Shown here piece after piece: positions 24,432 through 28,199 of a stretch of DNA of 28,199 bases. Position 1 is the stretch's first letter; every line of letters starts with the position of its first letter. Both the position numbers and the translations under genes were made by a program. The DNA comes from an archaeon (GTDB lineage Archaea > Micrarchaeota > Micrarchaeia > Norongarragalinales > UBA97): positions 1 to 28,199 of the forward strand of contig JAGVFW010000015.1 of assembly GCA_020057405.1 (NCBI GenBank), given 5' to 3'. The notes under the pieces were generated by a model that was not told the DNA's origin, made no database searches, and saw nothing but the letters and a program-made list of their open reading frames with translations.

Positions 24432-26147
24432 ATGGATCTCTTCGAAACCGCGCGCAAGCACGCGCTGCGCAACGCACTTTTGCACGGCAGCGCAAGCGCG
24501 GGAGCCGTGATGGGCAAGGTAGTTGCCGAAGCGCCGGACGCGAAGAAGGACATGAAGGTGCTTGGCGAACAGGTTGCAAAGGCGATTGCCGAAGTCAACG
24601 CGCTGTCGTCGGAGCAAATCGCACGGGAGGCCGCGGCTTATCCCGAAGAGGAAAAGCCGGCCGAAGGGCCGCATAAGCTGCGCTTGCAGAATGCAGTCGA
24701 AGGCAAAGTGGTAACGCGATTTTTGCCCGAGCCGAACGGCTTTTTGCACATCGGCCACGCCAAGGCCGCTTGGCTTTCAAGGCAGGCTGCTGACGACTGG
24801 AATGGCAGGTGCCTTTTGCGATTTGATGACACTAACCCCGAGAAGGAAGAACAGGAGTACGTTGACGCGATTGCCTCCGACGCAGAGTGGCTTGGACTCG
24901 AGTTTGATGCCAAGCCGACTTTCACCAGCGACTTGATGCCGCAGCTCTACAAGTACGCCGAGAAGCTCGTGTCTGAAGGAAACGCCTACCTTTGCACTTG
25001 CATAGTCGAGACCGTGCGCGCTAACCGCGAGAGCCAAAAGGAATGCGCCTGCCGCGGCAAGGACGCGAGCGCGAATCTCGACGCTTGGCAGAAGATGAAG
25101 ACCGGCGGGTTTGATGAAGGCCAAGCAATACTGCGCCTCAAGGGCGACATGAAGTCGCTAAACAGCGTGATGCGCGACCCGACCCTCTTCCGCATCATCG
25201 GTGCAAAACACTACCTGCAGGGAGATAAGTACCATGCGTGGCCGACTTACGATTTTGAAGTCAGCATATCGGACTCCCTTAACGGCGTGACGCACGCGCT
25301 TCGCTCAAAGGAGTACGAATTGCGCGACGAGCTATACTACCGCATCATCGAGCTTGCGGGACTGGCCAAACCGTTTGTCTACGACTTCGCGCGGCTCAAC
25401 ATCAAGGGAACGGTGCTTAGCAAGCGTTTCCTCAAGCCACTCATCGATGAAGGGAAAGTGATGGGCTGGGACGATCCGCGACTACCGACAATCCGCGGCC
25501 TGCGCCGCAGGGGAATCCTGCCCGCGGCAATCAAGAAATTTGCCTTGAGCCAGGGACTTGGGAAAGTCGAGAGCGAACCGACTTGGGAGACTCTACTCGT
25601 TGACAATCGAAGAATGCTTGACGCGGTTGCCGAGCGGTACTTCTTTGTCTCAAGTCCGGTCGAGGTTATTGTCGAGGGCGTGCCCGCCAATTACACTCGC
25701 GTGGTGGAATTGCCAAAGCACCCGAAGGAAGAGAAGGGCAAGCGCAACATCCGCGCCGGCACGGTGTTCTTCATCTCCGGTGCCGATGCCAAGGAAATGG
25801 AAGCGGGCACCGTTTTTCGCCTCAAGGAGCTCTACAACGTCAAAGTCAAGCAAAGGAGCGGCGAAAAAATCGTCGCCGAGTTTGCCGGCGTGGAACTATT
25901 GCCTAACACGAGGAAACTCCAGTGGGTGCCCGGCGAGAAGAACGAGCACCTCGCGTGCAAGCTTTTGGTGCCCGGTGACTTGCTAAAGGAAGACGGTTCG
26001 TTTAACGAAGACAGCTTAAAGACGATTTCTGGCTACTGCGAGAAGGATTGCGGCAGGCTCAAGGAAGGCAGTGTCGTGCAGCTCGAGCGGACTGGGTTTG
26101 CGCGCCTTGATGACGAAAAGACGATGACTTTCGTGCTGGGCTGCTGA
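24432..26147 (+). CDS. gltX: Glutamyl-tRNA synthetase
   Basis: Motifs RFLPEPNGFLHIGH, RFDDTNPEKE, THALRSKEY (Glu-specific Arg), VLSKR and GWDDPRLPT. Confidence 0.95.
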   Translation: MDLFETARKHALRNALLHGSASAGAVMGKVVAEAPDAKKDMKVLGEQVAKAIAEVNALSSEQIAREAAAYPEEEKPAEGPHKLRLQNAVEGKVVTRFLPEPNGFLHIGHAKAAWLSRQAADDWNGRCLLRFDDTNPEKEEQEYVDAIASDAEWLGLEFDAKPTFTSDLMPQLYKYAEKLVSEGNAYLCTCIVETVRANRESQKECACRGKDASANLDAWQKMKTGGFDEGQAILRLKGDMKSLNSVMRDPTLFRIIGAKHYLQGDKYHAWPTYDFEVSISDSLNGVTHALRSKEYELRDELYYRIIELAGLAKPFVYDFARLNIKGTVLSKRFLKPLIDEGKVMGWDDPRLPTIRGLRRRGILPAAIKKFALSQGLGKVESEPTWETLLVDNRRMLDAVAERYFFVSSPVEVIVEGVPANYTRVVELPKHPKEEKGKRNIRAGTVFFISGADAKEMEAGTVFRLKELYNVKVKQRSGEKIVAEFAGVELLPNTRKLQWVPGEKNEHLACKLLVPGDLLKEDGSFNEDSLKTISGYCEKDCGRLKEGSVVQLERTGFARLDDEKTMTFVLGC

Positions 26148-26158
26148 CTCGCAAGGGA

Positions 26159-26275
26159 TTTAAATCCTCTCCCACCTAATTGAATTCGCTGTTTTTCCGT
26201 ATTAGGAAAACGCTGGATTTGTGAAAGCGTCTGTCATTAATTGGCGACGTGAAGAGACCATTGAGGTGGTTTTAG
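26159..26275 (+). promoter_or_regulatory. Promoter and structured 5' leader of the rpl7ae operon
   Basis: TTTAAA at 26159-26164. Hairpins TTTTCC/GGAAAA, ACGCT/AGCGT and AGACCA/TGGTTT, the last covering the GAGGTG SD. Confidence 0.5.
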
Positions 26276-26797
26276 ATGGCCAAGGCATATGTTAAGTTCG
26301 AAGTTCCTTCTGCACTGCAGGAGAAGACTCTCGAAGCACTAGAACTCGCTAAAGGTAGCGGGCAGATTCGCAAGGGCACCAACGAAGCCACTAAAGCCGT
26401 CGAGCGCGGCGAGGCAAAACTCGTCGTCATCGCAGGCGATGTCGACCCAGAGGAAATCGTGATGCACCTCCCCATCCTCTGCGGCGAGAAGAGCATTCCC
26501 TACACCTACGTTTCGGAAAAGGCACTTTTGGGCAAGGCCGCTGGCCTTGGCGTCGGCACTTCAGCCGTCGCGATTACCAAGGCGGGCGCTTCTGAGGAGC
26601 AGCTTCGCGAAGTGATTACCAAGTTGCGCGAGCTGACCGGCGGCACTTCAACGCCAGGCACGGCTGCAGCTGACAAGAAGGAAGAGAAAGCGAAAGCCGC
26701 TGCCGACAAGAAGGAAGAGAAGGCAAAGGCAGCCGCGGCGGCCAAGAAGGCCCCGGCAAAGAAGAAGGAAGCCCCAGCCGAGAAGGCTGCTGAGTAA
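26276..26797 (+). CDS. rpl7ae: Ribosomal protein eL8/L7Ae with an A/K/E-rich C-terminal extension
   Basis: AYVKFEVP and [39 protein letters not shown]. Confidence 0.97.
   Translation: MAKAYVKFEVPSALQEKTLEALELAKGSGQIRKGTNEATKAVERGEAKLVVIAGDVDPEEIVMHLPILCGEKSIPYTYVSEKALLGKAAGLGVGTSAVAITKAGASEEQLREVITKLRELTGGTSTPGTAAADKKEEKAKAAADKKEEKAKAAAAAKKAPAKKKEAPAEKAAE
26663..26728 (+). repeat. 33-bp tandem duplication encoding [11 protein letters not shown] twice
   Basis: The two units encode identical peptides and differ only at synonymous positions. Confidence 0.85.
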
Positions 26798-26811
26798 GAC
26801 GGTGAGTTGAC

Positions 26812-27099
26812 ATGGGCGGCGCCAAAAAAGTAACCAAGAAAGAACCCGAGCAGCAAGCCGGCAAGGACGAGAAGTCCTCCGGCCCAGTGCAGATGACCGG
26901 CTTTAAGGCCGAAGTCCTCGAAGTAAGCGGAAGGACGGGAGTCATCGGCGAGGTAAAGCAGGTGCTCGCGAAAGTTCTCGAAGGCCGCGACCGCGGTCGA
27001 GTCATCCGCCGCAACGTCAAGGGTCCAATCAAGAAAGGCGACTTCCTGATTTTGCTTGAGACCGAACGCGAGGCCAAACCCATTAAGGGCAAAGGGTAA
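26812..27099 (+). CDS. rps28e: Ribosomal protein eS28 with an N-terminal extension
   Basis: [56 protein letters not shown]; GGTGA SD upstream. Confidence 0.96.
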   Translation: MGGAKKVTKKEPEQQAGKDEKSSGPVQMTGFKAEVLEVSGRTGVIGEVKQVLAKVLEGRDRGRVIRRNVKGPIKKGDFLILLETEREAKPIKGKG

Positions 27100-27104
27100 A
27101 CAAA

Positions 27105-27272
27105 ATGCACGAATGCACTTTCTGCGCAAAACCGTACGACGAGGCCAGGGGCGGCTTCACCATCTTTTCCCGCGATGGTACCGCCAAGCACTTCTGCTCA
27201 AGAAAGTGCCTGCGCCACGTTATTATGAAGCGCAAGGCCCGCAAGCTCAAGTGGACTGACAAGAAGAAGTAA
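27105..27272 (+). CDS. rpl24e: Ribosomal protein eL24 (55 aa)
   Basis: Manual translation MHECTFCAKPYDEARGGFTIFSRDGTAKHFCSRKCLRHVIMKRKARKLKWTDKKK*, with a CxFC...FCSxKC zinc motif and conserved gene order. Confidence 0.94.
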   Translation: MHECTFCAKPYDEARGGFTIFSRDGTAKHFCSRKCLRHVIMKRKARKLKWTDKKK

Positions 27273-27299
27273 GAGCCCAAATTCGGGGCGGCGCGTCAA

Positions 27300-28199
27300 A
27301 TGCTCGGCAAACTCGATTTTAAGGCAATCGAGGCAAAACTCCACTCCCAGTGGGAACTGGAGGGACTCCACAAGTTTAGGGATGACGACCTTACTAGCGA
27401 AACCTTCGTAATTGACTCGCCCCCGCCGTTTACTAGCGGCGCTTTGCACATGGGCCACATGCTCTCCTACTCTTACTTTGACTTCGCTGCCCGCTACAAG
27501 CGCATGGCCGGCTACAACGTCCTTTACCCCCAGGGGTGGGACTGCCAGGGTTTTCCAACCGAAATCAAGGTCGAGAAAAAATACGGCCGCGACCTTCCCC
27601 GAAAAGAGTTTTTGGCAAAGGCCCGCGAGTTCACGGTTGAAAACATCGACGCCATGAAGCGGCAGATGAACCAGATGGGCTTCTCCCCCGACTGGCGGTT
27701 TGAATACCGCACGATGGACGACGACTACCACAGAAAGGTCCAGCACTCTTTGCTAAAGATGTTCGAAAGGGGCGAAGTCTACCGCGCGGGCCACCCCGTG
27801 CTATTCTGCACGAGCTGCCGAAGTGCGATTGCGAAGGCGGAAACAGATGACTTGGAGCGCGAGACGCTCCTTAATTTCGTCAAGTTCGAGGCGGAAGACG
27901 GTGGCGAAGGCCTCACGATTGCGACAACTCGGCCCGAGTATCTGCACGCCTGCCAAGCCGTTCTTGTTCACCCCGATGACGCCAAACTAAAGAAGTGGGT
28001 CGGCAAGCGCGTGAAAATCCCGCTTTTCGGAAGGAGCGTCGAAGTCAAGGCAGACAAGGATGTCGAGAAGGACTTCGGCAGCGGGGCGCTAATGGTGTGC
28101 ACTTACGGCGACAAGATGGATGTGCAGTGGGTCTACCGCCACAACCTGCCCGTCGTGGATGCATTAACTGGGGGCGGCAAGATGCAAAACGCCGGCCCC
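27300..28199 (+). CDS. valS: Valyl-tRNA synthetase, archaeal type (partial; runs off the right edge)
   Basis: Manual translation MLGKLDFKAIEAK...FVIDSPPPFTSGALHMGH, YPQGWDCQGFPTE, IATTRPEYLHAC and FGSGALMVCTYGD. Confidence 0.95.
   Translation, partial: MLGKLDFKAIEAKLHSQWELEGLHKFRDDDLTSETFVIDSPPPFTSGALHMGHMLSYSYFDFAARYKRMAGYNVLYPQGWDCQGFPTEIKVEKKYGRDLPRKEFLAKAREFTVENIDAMKRQMNQMGFSPDWRFEYRTMDDDYHRKVQHSLLKMFERGEVYRAGHPVLFCTSCRSAIAKAETDDLERETLLNFVKFEAEDGGEGLTIATTRPEYLHACQAVLVHPDDAKLKKWVGKRVKIPLFGRSVEVKADKDVEKDFGSGALMVCTYGDKMDVQWVYRHNLPVVDALTGGGKMQNAGP

Noticed and set aside
26506-27191. Long minus-strand ORFs (207 and 191 aa) over rpl7ae-rps28e-rpl24e, and similar overlapping ORFs across the window
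   Set aside because: Antisense or alternate-frame shadows of well-supported genes, expected with GC-rich codon usage.

Overview
Archaeal chromosomal window, mostly housekeeping genes; gene content and divergence suggest a DPANN lineage such as Micrarchaeota (inference). It contains partial leuS, a kae1-tsaC/sua5-bud32 t6A cluster, hel308, a vapBC pair, AMP phosphorylase, ftsZ-secE-spt5, scpB and rps2. A complete classical mevalonate-to-GGPP pathway sits in two divergent operons, followed by gltX, rpl7ae-rps28e-rpl24e and partial valS. The standout signal is at 4217-5077 on the minus strand. An unannotated ribosomal protein eL41 (eS32) gene is split out of frame by a 38-nt insert. The insert folds into a bulge-helix-bulge-like splicing motif, and cutting it at the canonical positions exactly restores [37 protein letters not shown], making it a candidate archaeal mRNA intron. 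Directly upstream and overlapping is a lower-GC HTH/NUMOD3/Vsr-like (homing-type) endonuclease gene whose stop codon lies inside the insert. This suggests an endonuclease plus mini-intron mobile pair. Also noted: perfect 25-bp direct repeats around vapBC, belonging to a small repeat family with four copies.
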